Positions 41,412 to 55,440 of a stretch of DNA of 64,000 bases are shown piece by piece (the stretch's first letter is position 1; each line of letters begins with the position of its first letter). The DNA is from Octopus vulgaris (taxonomy: Eukaryota). The DNA lies in contig OX597820.1 of assembly GCA_951406725.2 (NCBI GenBank), forward strand, positions 105,028,001 to 105,092,000, in the 5' to 3' direction. A model generated the notes under the pieces. It had not been told where the DNA came from and searched no databases. It was given only the letters and a program-made list of their open reading frames with translations. Both the position numbers and the translations under genes were made by a program.

Positions 41412-42674
41412 AAATTAACTAAGATAGCTATCTCAAGAACTTTGGACTCAAGAGAGAAGTCATTAAACAAATTTGGTAATATTTAAATAACCAATATGAT
41501 CTCAAATGGAGACAGCTAGATAGATTTTGTCAAAGAAAGAACATGCAGACTAAAAAACTGGTTACTCAGTCATAAGAAAGTACTCAACAAACTAGTTTTA
41601 AATAATGGTTTCTCATTCAGGCAGAGGCTCAGCAATTTTGAAGGAAGGCTTTTAGGCAGTACCATCAGTCTTTCTACTGATTGATACATTGTTCTATCAA
41701 CCCCCAAAGGATATAAATTATTTGATGTAAATTTAATTTGTTTGTATTTTTAATTATTTTTTACTTTTATAAAGCAAAAAACTGGCAGAATCATCAAAGC
41801 ATCAGGAAAAGTTCTTTTTGGCATTTCTTTGGGTTCTCTACATTCTGAGTTTAAATTTCACCAAGGCCAACTCAGATTGTAAAATGCCAAAAAATATGCC
41901 ACAGAGCTTATTTTTTTTTGATGCTCTAATGATTCTGCCAGCTCACTGCTTGATAAAAGTAAAAAAATTATAAAAAGCAAACAAATTAAATTTACAATAA
42001 ATAATTTCCTCATAAGTTACAGATTGTATAAATCTACACTTAAAGGCATTAACATATGTTCTTAACCATCCACACATGTCACTTTTACATCTTTCTGGTG
42101 TCAAACATCATGATATTATATATACTTGTACATATAAGTCACAGCAGCTGTAAATTTACACTTGTAATATTTTATTATTACACTTGTAATATTTTAGATT
42201 GAGGCCTTTGATCTATAAATCACATGTTACTTTCTGTAAATATTGTGTGCAATTTCTTTCACAACCGAGCAGAAATAAAATATGAACTTGGTAATACTAT
42301 TTAACAAAGTCACAGAACAATAGATATCATAGCAATGAGTTTCTGTAGTCTTTGTCCAGATCAAAGACACTAATCATTGGTTTTGAATCATCTATCTTGA
42401 TTGGCTGATGATATGCAGCATCTAATGGGAATTAGGATCAGAGCCAGCTAATAGAGAACTGCATATAGATATTTTGCACATGAGCAAGGTGTGTGTGTAT
42501 ACATAAAAAGCCATTTATAGTTACTCGAACTGCAAACAATAGCAGCCAAATCTTCCTCAAATCACATCCTACTGACTTATAAAAGAACAAGGGTCATTGT
42601 CCCATGGAATATAATCCTAAATATGCAAAAGACAGAATGTCACAGCTGGAATGTCTTTGAGTACAGGTTTACTC

Positions 42675-43862
42675 AATTGTGCAAAAGCTAACCAAGGTTA
42701 GATTTGAATTAAATTAGCATGTGCACTTGAAACAGCATGAGATTATAATACATCGTTTCACACTTGTATATACATTAATATCACATTGGTATTTTCTTCA
42801 AATGTTAGCTAAACAGTGTCTTGAAGATGAACGGATTCTACCCAGTTGAATTACAACATAGAGACAAAGTTTGTAAGAGGTATACACCCTTATGACTCCA
42901 ACACATTATAAATAAAAACTGGTCTATAAAGCATACTTAAGTGATTAATAAAGTTTCTTTGAAGAACTTGATTTGACAGAATTATATAATTTAATTAACT
43001 TTACATTAATTTCCAGGAGCTTGCGCTAATGAAATCAAATCTAGTTTATCAAATTATAAGTTTAAAAAAGAAACATATCAAATTTCTTCTAACCAAAAAT
43101 GTTCTGCTGCAATCTTAAGTGAAGTTTAGTTCTTTGAACTAAAATGGCTGACTTGAAATATAAAAAGGGACGTAAAAACCCCAATAACTGGGGAATAATT
43201 TTCCTTGCATCACCACCCTGCCAGCATATGCCAACTGTACATTATCCAACACAAAGAAATGGTAGATATATAAACTATATACTCGTACTCTTTTACTTGT
43301 TTCAGTCATTTGACTGCGGCCATGCTGGAGCACCACCATTAATCGAGCAACTCGACCCCGGGACTTATTCTTTTTGTAAGCCCAGTACTTATTCTATCGG
43401 TCTCTTTTGCCGAACCGCTAAGTAACTGGGACATAAACACACCAGCATCGGTTGTCAAGCAATGTTAGGATGACAAACACAGACACACAAACAAACACAC
43501 ATACATATATATATATATACACATATACGACAGGCTTCTTTCAGTTTCCATCTACCAAATCCACTCACAAGGCATTGGTCGGCCCAGGGCTATAGCAGAA
43601 GATACTTGCCCAAGATGCCACGCAGTGGGACTAAACCTGGAACAATGTGGTTGGTTAGCAAGCTACTTACCACACAGCCACTCCCGCTACATGAAATTAA
43701 TATCTGCACTTAAAACATTTTAATTAAATACCAATCTGTATAATAATGTATATACAAGTGTGAAATGATGTTATATACATTGGTATTTTAATCCCATGCT
43801 GTTTCAAGTGATTACATTAATTTAATTTAAATATAGCCTTGGCTAGATTTTGCATAAATTGT
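42675..43862. mobile_element. Old fold-back/MITE-like element with ~140-bp imperfect TIRs, containing a younger SINE
   Basis: Left arm ~42675-42810 (CACTTGAAACAGCATG..TTTCACACTTGTATATACATTA) mirrors ~43710-43862. Confidence 0.72.
43283..43687 (-). mobile_element. Full-length SINE family A
   Basis: Reverse complement of the 7643/52707 copies. Confidence 0.9.
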
Positions 43863-44499
43863 AAATACTTTGTTCAACAATTTCTATACCAGAAAGAATA
43901 TCTATCTTTTCAGCTTAGCTCAAAATGTTGAGGGAAGGGGTCACTGAAGAGACCAAATTAGATTGAAACAGTCTCAGACAATCTGTCAACATTCTAAGCA
44001 AGCCCTGTGTTTTTTAACACACAAGTCTCTTTGAGAAGTTTCTCTAAAACAAAATATTACAGCTAGTACTCTTTCACGTCTGTACAGACATTACAAAATT
44101 ATGAGTCATAACACTAGCATTAATTTCATACAAACACACGCCCTAACTCAACAATAAAGTAACAGGTTGTGTGAAATATAGAGCAAATTATAACCCAAAA
44201 ATTAAAAAAAACCTCTACTTCATCTAAAACAACTAGAGGAATAGTTATCTGAAGAAATCAAGTAAAAAAAACTGCCAGAAATTGTAAGAGGATTAGGTTA
44301 TTAAAATCAAACTCATTAAAGGCAACACACAAAACCAATGAAAGCATTTTTAGTTTGAGCTGACAGAGAAAGAAAACACTGTATCTAGTTTCTGTGGTTG
44401 GATACAGAAGAAACAAACATTGTATGTACATCCCACAAGTGTAATTTTTTTTCAGCTAATTACCGTACCTTCCTCAAATCAACAAGCATCTGAAAAGCT

Positions 44500-44850
44500 T
44501 ATAACATCTATCCAGCTGTTATCAAGAATTGTCTTATCTAAACTTCTCTATGGCTGTGAGTCATGGACTAAGGTACTAGAGAGGAAAATGAACATTTTCC
44601 AGCAAAGATACTTGCATAAGATACACCACACTTCATACAGAGACTGTCACTTACCTGAGAATACTAAGAAGATCAGGGCCCTGGAGCATACTAAAGTCAA
44701 TTGGTGGTGAGCAGAAGGGTAGAGTGACCTTGGGCAATGTGATCAGGATGGATCTCCCCCAACTTTCCACCAGTGTTTCCAATGGTCTCTGTAGGCCCTC
44801 AGAAAGAAAGGGTTTCCAAAGAAGAAATGGCTGACAATATTTAGACACTT
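44500..44850 (+). mobile_element. Highly decayed LINE (RTE-like) RT C-terminal fragment
   Basis: IVLSKLLYGCESWT...MNIFQQRYLHKI followed by a W.G.VIRM-like segment. Confidence 0.6.
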
Positions 44851-44994
44851 GGATCAGTTTTCAACATTGGTCACAGATGTATTAAATAACAACTTCAATA
44901 CCATTTCAAATATATCGGCTCTAAATTATCATACATTAACAAAGTATTGCATTAATTAAGAGCAATGATTTTGTTTTTTGTTGCTTTTGTTACC

Positions 44995-45350
44995 TGGCTG
45001 TATAGCTAAGACCATCTGGCATCCATGAGGTTTCAGGTTCAGTCCCAATACATAGCACCTTGGGCAAGTGTCTATTATAGCCGTAGGTTGACCAATGTCT
45101 TGTAAGTGAACTTGGTAGATGGAAATTGTATGGACACCTACCATATGTGTGTCCTTGTGTTTGTCCACACCCATTGCTTGACAAATAGTGTTTGTTTATA
45201 TCTGCGTAACTTAGTAGTTTGGCAAAAGAGACCAACTGAATAAGTAGAAGACTTTAAAATATAAGCACTGGGCTTGGTTCATTTGACTAAAACCTTTCAA
45301 AGCAGTGCCCCAGCATGGCTGCACTCCAATGACTGAAACAAGTGAAAGAT
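44995..45350 (+). mobile_element. Older, diverged SINE family A copy
   Basis: GGTTCAGTCCC..CACCTTGGGCAAGTGTC ... CCCAGCATGGCTGCA..AATGACTGAAACAAG. Confidence 0.8.
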
Positions 45351-48300
45351 ACACCTACAAGCTAACAAAGTGGCCTCCACATGGTCACTGAAGATGCTAG
45401 AAATACCAGTCAATTCACTCCTAAATTTTATATTACTATTTTAAAGAAAGGATATGTTGGACAATGTGATCCTGTATTTCTTGCTAAATAACAACTCTTG
45501 CCACTATTTACTTGCAGCCACTTCTTAAATAAAAAGTGGTAAGAAACTGTGTTATTGTCTTATGATTTATTAATTTATTTTTTATTTATTTAGTGGGAAA
45601 TAAATATCAGAATAACTAAAATTACATTTACAGATCTAAAAATTAATAATGTAACACAAAGATGCCTTTGTGACATTTTCACTCTTATATTAAACATACC
45701 AACTACCACTAGCTGAAACAATAAAAACTGCACCCATTTTTCTTGCTAACTAAAATGTCAAACTCTCAAAAATAGCTTATCTTGACACCAACTCTCTGTA
45801 ACTACTAACAAGAAAAGAAACCAAACAAATAAAAACACTGTACAGCTACATCTGGTGAATAAACAGAGAATAATCTATCATTTTTAGAATGATAGCCAAA
45901 ACGTAAAGCTTCTGGATTCAAGACTAAAGGAAAACATCTTCAGTTCTGGCTTACAGTCAGATGGTGGTTCAGTGAAAAAGCAAGTAGTAACTAAATGAGT
46001 CATCACTTCTCTTTAATAACTACTGTCTGTGCTTATTCCCTTTTGGTATGCTTCAGCATAGATATTTCTAATATAAAAGTTAAGCACTAGATTAATGCAA
46101 CACACTAGTTTTGGTCTGTTTTTCTACCCAACAAGAACTTTTGCATCTTTGGACATAAAACTTTCCACTGAAGAATTATTTTACAAAGAAAAAACAAAAG
46201 AAAAAAGTAGTAGGGTAATTATGTCCACCACAATGTGTGCATACACATGTATATGCATGCACAACAAAAATGCAGCTGAAGCTTGCTTCATAACCATGTA
46301 GATCTAGGCTCAGTCCCACTACACAAGAAGTGTCTTCTATAGACCTGAGCTGACCAAAGGCTTGTCAGTAGAAATGGCAGACAAAAACTGGAAGAGCCTG
46401 TCATGTGTGTGTGCGTGTGTGTGTATACCCTCATTTCAACATCATGTAGGACAGCTGTAGGACACCACGAGGACAGCTGCATAAAGAAGTGCCAATCTCT
46501 AACTTTGGAGGGAAGCTGTGGGACAAGGTGGCAAAGTCTGACCTTTGGATGCTGAGTCTCACAGAGGTGATGACAAGTGACTGAGACCTTTAGTGATTTG
46601 CTGGGCTTGAGAAGAAGACCCATCAAGCTAAATGAAATCATAGCCAGTGCCAGTGGCATGTAAAAGGTACCCATGCCAGTGATACATAAAAAGCACTTGT
46701 GCCAATGACACATGAAAGACACCCAGTACACTCTGTGGAGTGGTTGGCATTAGGAAGGGCATCCAGCCATTGAAACCAAGCCAAAACAGACTAGAGCCTG
46801 GTACAGCTCTCTGGCTCACTAGCCCCAGTCAAACTGTCTCCATTAGCCATTCATCTTTTGGTCAGTAGTTGAATATTTTAAGCATATTGTGTAGGGTAGG
46901 TGACATTTCAGTATTTCTTTAATAATATGCCATCTTAACTGATAAGAAAGACTGAACTCAAATGTGACACAAAGGTGAATTAATATTAATGAAAACTTTC
47001 AACAAATATCTGTAAGAAAAAAATCCTATTAACATACTGTCTTGTTAATATGTATATTAATTACTGTTGAAAACACACATCATTAGAAACAGGTTAAACT
47101 AAACATAGCTGCCAAAATATTGGTTTAGTCATTTAATCATCTGTCTCATTTGGTGAGAAATAATTTCGTGGGTGGTTACCCAACTTGTTATATATTATTA
47201 TCACTATTATTATAACTACTACTACGACTACTACTATGGAATTGTGCCAAAGTTAGAAATCATCACTGGTAGATTCAGTAAAGCAATGGACAAAATGCTT
47301 TTTCACATTTTGCATCTGTCTAAGTTCTCAGTTTGAATCCCATTAAAGTCATCTTTCCTCTCATCTATCCTGGGTGGATTAAATAAAGTAAACTGCTAAC
47401 TAATGAGGTCATGATAATCAATAGTACTTCTGTATGTTTCCCACACATATTGAATGCCAATATATGCATTTGTGCATGTACATTCACATTAATATTATAG
47501 TCTGCATGTGAATGTATGTATGTCAGGATATAGGAAAGGCTGAGTGATTCAGAAGTTCACTTCATAATCATAACGTTTGAGGTTCAATTCCTGGAATTGA
47601 ATCTCAAGTAAATTTCTTTTACCACAATGAGCCAAGCCTTGTTAATGACACTGAGTAGACAGAAACTATATGGACACTCATCATATAGATTCCAAATCTA
47701 ATTTAAAAGGATAACATTATCAAAAATATTACAGTGACAGTATAAACACTATTACAGCAATATAAACACTATCACAGTAACAATTACAAAAAAAAAAGGA
47801 TTTTTTTTTTGCGTTTTTTACAACTTATACAACATGAATAATATTCATTTAAGTCTTGTAATATTACTGGGGCTGCCAAATAGTTCCCTTACATCATGTG
47901 TATCTAGCCTTAAATAGATGCATTCTACTATGAAGTATTTAGCTATAATTAATGCCACAGAAAAATAAGTTATTTGTTCCAGCATTTCTTTTCAAAAATG
48001 TCAAACACTCTGCCAATCCTGTTTACAAATTTCATAAACATTTCCATTTATGCAACCACCACACAACATAACCTTTTTTTTTTTCATTTTCTCAAGTTTG
48101 ACAGAGTGTAATGTTTTAGTTGTTCACCATCATTTAATGTCAGTCTTCCATGTTGGCATGGGTTGGATGCTTTGACAGGGTTGAACAAGTCACGGAACTG
48201 CATGGAGTTTCAGTGCCTGCTTTGGCATGGCTTCTACAGGTGAACACCCTAACACCAACTACTTTACGGAATGTATTGGATTTTTTTTGTTTTTGTAACA

Positions 48301-48944
48301 CTTGCATTATTAAGGATGCCAACTAACTAGCAAAACAAAGAAAATGACCTCTCAACTGAATAGAGTCGTATTAGTGAAAGAGGTGGCTTTGTACCAGGTG
48401 TTGAGAGGCTAAAATATGATAGAGGGACAGGTACAAGTGTTTTTGTATAGAGGAGATACATGGTTACCCCACATTACAAGGGTGGGGAGAGTAGATGGAA
48501 AGAAAACAAAAACATTATACTCCCCTCCAAACTAATGTATTAATAATAAATAAAATCCCTGGTTGATAAAGAAAGCATTGTTCATCATCTCCATCATTGG
48601 TTTAAGTTCCATTTTACCAAGCTAGCATGGGTCAGACATTTTATCAAGGCAGATGCTCTTCCCATTACTAACCCTTACCTGTTTCCAAGTAAGCTAATAT
48701 TTTCCTTTGGCCAGACATGTTTTACAACTATCATGCATTGTCAGGGATACATTCACACAAACATATACAAAGGACTTCTTTTCCTGTAACAAATCCACAT
48801 ACACAGTTTTAGTCAGCCTAGGTCTATAGTAGAAAACATTTACCCAAGGTACTATGCAGTGAGACTGAACCTAAAACTATGTGATTGTGAGACAAACGTC
48901 TGAACCATACAGCCAAGCCTAACACATAGTCCAAGAGAATTAAT

Positions 48945-49990
48945 GCAGCAACTTAAATGCAATTCTGAATTTAAATTCCAACAAGATTTGACTTTACTTT
49001 CATCACTTCGGAGTATCAACTAATAAACAGAGTCGATTCAATTAACTATACTTTCCTGCCTGCAAATCTATGGCTTTCTGCCAGTGTAACAAATCAACCC
49101 CATTATTTAAAAGAAGCCATCATCATCATCATTATTATTATTAATCTGAATGTGGCAAGCTAGCAGAATTGTTAGCAAACAGGACAAAATGCTTAATGGC
49201 ATTTCATTATTTTTACATTTTGAGTTCAAATTCAACCTAGGCTAACTTTGCCTTTTATCTTTGCGAGGTAGATAAAATAACTAGTAGTTAAACACTGGAG
49301 TCGATGTAATTGACTTTCTCTCTCCCCTGAACTCACTGGCCTTGTGCCAAAATTTGAAGCTATTATTATTAATCTTAATCTGTGTTTATTATTACATATT
49401 GTGCTCCTCTAATTGATGATTATTATTATTATTATTTAGGATGGTGAGCTAGCAGAATCATTAGCACACTGGGCAGAATGCTTAGTGGCATTTCATCAAA
49501 TTCCACCGAGGCTGACTTTGCCTTTCAATCTTTCAATCTTGAGCACTGGGGTTGATGTAATTGACTTACACTTTCCCTGAAATTGCTAACCTTGTGCCAA
49601 AATTTGAAATCAATATTATTATTATTATTATAGTAGGGAGCAGGCAGAATCATGAGCACACTTTGTGGCATTTCATCTATCTTTACATTCTGAGTTCAAA
49701 TTCCACTGAGGTTGACTTTGCCTTTCATCTTGTCACAGTTGATGAAATAAATACCAGCTGAATACTGAGGTCAATGTAATTGACTACCACCTCCACACAA
49801 AATTTCAAGCCTTATGCCTGAAGTAGAATTTTTTTTTTTATATAAAAGCAGCAAACCGGCAGAATCATTAGTGGCATTTCTTCCAGTTGAGTTCAGGGTC
49901 CCTAAAATAAAGTACAAGTATTGATGTAATCAACTAACCTCTTCCCCTAAAGTATTGGCATTGTACCAAAATCTGAAACAATTACTACTA
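48945..49990 (+). mobile_element. Head-to-tail array of about 5 SINE family B copies
   Basis: Heads near 49153, 49442, 49636 and 49848, plus a headless copy at ~48960. Separated by (TTA)n. Confidence 0.82.
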
Positions 49991-50540
49991 TTATGTCTTC
50001 CTTATATCCAGATCTACTTCTACATGACTCATGTATTGTCTTGTTATTGTTTGGTTACTTGCTACTGATCTGTTGAGTTGAAGCTGTTTATAATGTTCCT
50101 TCTGCTGCCTTTATTTTGGTTGTTCCTTTGTTGGTTCATACTAGGACAGTAGTTATTTTCTTTTATTTTTTACTACATGTGTTAAATGTGTTATCCATTC
50201 TTTTATTGAAATCGCCCTATAAGACTTAGAAACATAACTAGGAGTGATATATTTCAGACAATGTATGCATGAGTAATTGCTGTTTTAACTATTATTAAAT
50301 TTTTCCTCAAGTATTTTTAATTCTCAGAATCACAATGTATTCACTGGCATAGAAAGCTAAGTCAGTTTCCAGGGTTATATATGCAAAAGTTTTACAGTAT
50401 CATCAACTATGACAAAATTCACTGAAAGCAGAAGGCTGTTTTCATTGATATGTGTAACAGAGACTCACAAATATATGATTATATTCTGACAAATACAAAC
50501 CTGCGCACATACAAAGACATATGTATGTATATATGCAAAT

Positions 50541-50575
<35 letters not shown>

Positions 50576-51477
50576 GAGATGAAGCAAGAGTTGTTTTACA
50601 GGAATTTCTTGTAAGCAAGCAAAATCTGAATGATTTCTCTGCCCTCTAATTCCACTCTACCACAACCTCCAACAAAACAGAGAAAACAAATCACAATTCA
50701 AATAACACCTATTGCCTGCTCAGCAAAAAATTCTATACCTAAATAAATCTTGTGTCATCAGAAATTATTTCATAGCTTTTATGAAGAGAGAGAGAGGGAG
50801 GAAGGGAGAGAGAGAGAGAAAGAAAGAGAGAGATTAATTTCTTTTGACCAAGCATGAAACCCAAATAACTAGACAATTACAGCAGACCAAATCTACTGAA
50901 TTACACTCCTCTTTTTTTTATGAGCTATACCTACAGGCATTGGCAATCATGGACCTCCAGCTCCTTCATGTCCTATACACAACATCAGCCTTTCTGTAGC
51001 TAGCTGGAAAACTATTGAAATATCTTCCCAGTTTGTCTTTGTCAGCTTTTACTTTCTGTAACCCAAGTTCTGAAACACAAACTTTGTTTTAATAGTAATT
51101 TAAATTAAAACCCTCAATCAAAGTAACTATGATAATTTATGTTACAAACCTCAGCTTAATAATGACCAAATTATTCTAAATTCTTCATTATTTCAAACTT
51201 AATGGAAACAAAGGCAGTGTATCGCATTAAAAGAGCTAAGGGCTACATTTGTTAGTCTATCTGTATAGGATGTCTTCAGCAGTCACCTAAGGAATCACAC
51301 TTCTGTGTAACAATGGTAACCTTTAGCTTTTGTTTATTGATTTCCCAGGTCCTACAGCCATATGTAGGAAGAGGTTCTACATAGGTGTGGTTGTGTGATA
51401 ACTACATGGCTCCAGGTTCAGTCCCACTGCATGGCAGCTTGGGCAAGTATCTTCTTCAATCAAAGCCTTGTGAGTAA

Positions 51478-51558
51478 AATATGTAAAATTTGAATGAAAT
51501 TGGTTGTGTAGTTCTCAAGTTTTAGGGAAACAGACAGACAGACACACATTCTCAGTTT

Positions 51559-51575
<17 letters not shown>
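51478..51575 (-). mobile_element. Helitron-like 5' terminal fragment abutting a truncated SINE A head (51385-51478)
   Basis: Minus strand TATATAAAACTGAGAATGTGTGTCTGTCTGTTT...AACCAATTTCATTCAAATTTT, same layout as the 6161-6680 element. Confidence 0.55.
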
Positions 51576-51622
<47 letters not shown>

Positions 51623-51696
51623 TAAATACATATACATGCATATAAGCATACATATATACTTACATACATATGTACATATCTATACACACACACACT

Positions 51697-51748
<52 letters not shown>

Positions 51749-52008
51749 CACATACATATAGAGAGAGATAGAGAGGGGGTGATTATGCAAATAACCAAAT
51801 TAGATTGTATTGAATATAACAGTTTGGATATGAAATACAAAATATCTATATATGTAGACATGCTAAACAAGAGAAAGCAAAAGAGTGAAGACTTCTAGAT
51901 GATGAATACTTAAGTATAAATATAGAGATATTTATATTAATAGATCCAACTTACACAAAGTACAAGCAACAGAGAAAATTAAAGGAGAGGAAGAAAGGGG
52001 TTATAAGT

Positions 52009-52128
52009 CCAACAGCTGTTTCTAGGGGCTCAGAGATACATCATAATGTTGGTAGATGTAGTTCATCACAACATGCAGCCATAATGGAAGCAATCAACAT
52101 TGGATAAATCAAGCCTCCATCATCAGGG
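52009..52128 (-). ncRNA. Hammerhead-like motif with ~100-nt extended stem II
   Basis: Minus strand CC-CTGATGA-TGGAGGCTT...GAGCCCCTA-GAAA-CAGCT-GTT-GG. Palindromic helix III ACAGCTGT, inner AATGTTG/CAACATT helix; helix I is only 2 bp. Confidence 0.55.
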
Positions 52129-52706
52129 TAGAAAAAAATCTTACATTTCAGATCCTAATGCAGAGAAGCTCAAAGGTAGAATGATTAAATGTGGAGAGTT
52201 AGCAGTATATTTGACAGAATAATCTGAATGTTAAAGGGTTTTAGTATCCAAACCTTTCCCATGTGTGTTCAAAGGAGTAACTGAAAAGCTACAACCTGAA
52301 ATCTAACCTGGATCACATATTTAGTGTACCAGGTGTTTACCATTTACATTATGATGGGGTACTCATGTATCTTCTCTATAGCAAGATACCTGTTCCTGTC
52401 GTTCTATCATACTTTAGGCTCTCTACTGCTGCCACAAAGTCATTTCCTTCAATACTGCATTCCCACTCTATCAAAGACTCTTGCAATCACTTGGTGATCT
52501 CACAAGTACCGATGCCACAAATAAAGAGCCAAGTACACTCTGCAGCGTAGCTGACATTACAAAGGACACCCCGCCATATAAACTTTGCCAAAGCAGATAT
52601 TAGAGTCCAATGCAACCTTCCAGCTCATCAGATCCTTTTGAACCAGCCATGGTAACACAGAAGACAAGCATTATTACTTTATACATTATTTAAAAGATAA
52701 TAGCAG

Positions 52707-53100
52707 ATAGTGGCTGTGTGGTAAGTAGCTTGCCTACCAACCACATGGTTCTGGGTTCAGTCCCACTGTGTGGCATCTTGGGCAAGTGTCTTCTGCTATA
52801 GCCTCGGGCCGACCAAAGCCTTGTGAGTGGATTTGGTAGACGGAAACTGAAAGAAGCCTGTCGTATATATGTATATATATATGTATGTATGTGTGTGTCT
52901 GTGTTTGTCCCTCTAGCATTGCTTGACAACCGATGCTGGTGTGTTTACGTCCCCGTCACTTAGCGGTTTGGCAAAAGAGACCGATAGAATAAGTACTGGG
53001 CTTACAAAGAATAAGTCCTGGGGTCGATTTGCTCGACTAAAGGCAGTGCTCCAGCATGGCCGCAGTCAAATGACTGAAACAACTAAAAGAGTAAAAGAGT
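52707..53100 (+). mobile_element. Full-length SINE family A
   Basis: Nearly identical to the 7643 copy. Confidence 0.9.
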
Positions 53101-54537
53101 ATAAAATTAATAATGATTTCAAATTTTGGCACAAAGCCAGCAATTCTGGGGGAGAGTGTAAGCTGATTATATCAACCCCAGTGTTCAACTGGTACTTATT
53201 TTATTAACCCTGAAAAGATGAAAGGCAAAGTCAACTTCTACAGAATTTGAACTCAGAACGTGAAGACAGGCAAAATGCCACTAAACATTTTGCCCAGTGG
53301 TCTAATAATCCTGCCAGCTTGCTGCCTTAGATAAAGCTAATAATAGTAACATTCTTGAAATATAAATCACTATAGTATTACATACAAGATCTCATGGAAA
53401 TTAAAAACAAAAACAACAAAAATAAGCTAAGTCATGGGGGAGGAGTCAGTATTTCTGTATCAACTTACCCCTTCAAATACCACAACAGACAAAAATAACA
53501 GAAAATGAATTCATATTCTATCATGTATGCCTTTCAACCATGCCACAAAATTCTATATAGCATTCAATAACAATCAGAATAAGAGAACTTATTAACATAA
53601 CAATCACAACATCCACATTCTGTGGAAGTACATCATAATGATAGCCATCACCTGACCTTGAGATATCCCCCCTCTCGTCTCCCACTGCAAGGAAAGTGGT
53701 CAGTGAAGAGTGGGGTGGACTTATATTCAAGCTCAATTCAAAACAGCAACTCAGAAAGGAAATATGAAAAATTAAAAATAAAATATTTAAACAGAACTAA
53801 ATCACATTTTGAAAGACATGCAGGCCAAGAGAGAGAGAGAGAAAGAGACAGACAGAAATAATACACAGCACTACACATATTCAATATATATATATAGTAT
53901 GTGTGTGTGTGTGGTTTTGGACTAAACCACTCATATATGCATATTTTTGTACACCAGTGTTAAAATATAATTATTTCTTACTAACCTAAGACATTTTTGC
54001 TTCAAATTTAAATTAAATTTTTATTGATGGATTACCATGATGTTAAGTGAAGTAATGAAAGAGCAATGAAAGAGCAATGAAAGAGCCAGTCAGAGTCTAT
54101 AAATGTATGTATACGCATACATGCACACACATGCATGCACACACACACACACACACACAAACTTGTCTATTCTTTCCCAAAATAGAAAATACATCCAATA
54201 AACATGTTTTTGTCAGATCAAAAAGAGGGAAAAAAACATCCCTTTAGATAAAGTCAATTAATTCATAGCCGGGCAGTGGGACTGAGAATCTAATGAAAAT
54301 AGAGAGTGGATAAGTACATGAAGAGAACAGTGAGAATAGGTTGGTAAGTGGGAGACAGACAGACAGACAGATAGATAGAGAACAGACAGACTGACAGAGA
54401 AAGAGAAATGTACACAGACAGAGATTAACAGAGAACAAGAGAAATAAAATAATAAGAGATAGTCTGATAAGAAGGTGGTGAAAATGAAATCTATGACTTT
54501 TCATTGTCAAAATATAGCAAAATTAAGTGCATCCAAT

Positions 54538-54586
<49 letters not shown>

Positions 54587-55440
54587 CACTTTCAAAAGCA
54601 TAAAAAGAACCTTGTTTGCTGAGGCATTATAATATCTCTTAGACTATTTCTATATTTAAATCTTAAATATTTTCTGGGCAAACAGAAAGAAAAGAAAGAA
54701 AAATGAAGAAAAGAGTAACAGCAAGAAATGAAGGGGAAAAAGATAAAACAATCATAATTTTAGGATTCATTCCCGTTTTATTGTCTTTCATTTGCTTCAG
54801 ACACAAATAGAAATAGAACATCCATTATTCCAATAAAATAACACTGCTATTTACATGTCATTATGCCAGACATCATGGCTGTTCTCTCACGCTACAGGTA
54901 ATTGTTTTAAAGAAGTATTGATTCTTAATTAAGCATGGAGACTTAAGAATCCAGAGTATTAGCACTTTACAGTAAAGTGGTTCCAAACAGGAATCAAAAC
55001 TGGACTTTATGCAAAAAGCATTTACCACATTTGACATGGAAAGCAAGGAAAACAGCAGCAGGCATGGATATGGATATGATGAAAGCTTTAAAATGGCTCA
55101 TTATCATACCTGTCTCACTTATCTAATCAGATTCTAAAGGATGATGATGTGATTTCTGATCACTAGTGTACCAACAATAGAAAAAGAAATGGGGTGTATT
55201 AAAGCAGAACATAACTTTTCAGTGTGCTGCAGGTTTGATTGTGTGGCTAAGAAGTTTGCTTCCCAACTTGGTGGCTTCAAATTTAAACCCATTGTGCAAC
55301 ACTTTGAACAAGCGTCTTCTATGAAAGACTCAGACCAACCAAAGTGTTAGGAATGAAATTTGGCAGTTAAAAGCTGTGGAAACCATTTGCAGGACCATTC
55401 TTGTTTTTGAGTAGAAAGCTTAATCTGTGGCTTGGTTTAA

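Noticed and set aside
53464-53530. Minus-strand GTAAGT donor with short ORF MIEYEFIFCYFCLLWYLK as an alternative vinculin first exon
   Set aside because: It ends in phase 2 while the 31034 exon starts in phase 0, and it has no vinculin similarity. A non-coding exon cannot be excluded.
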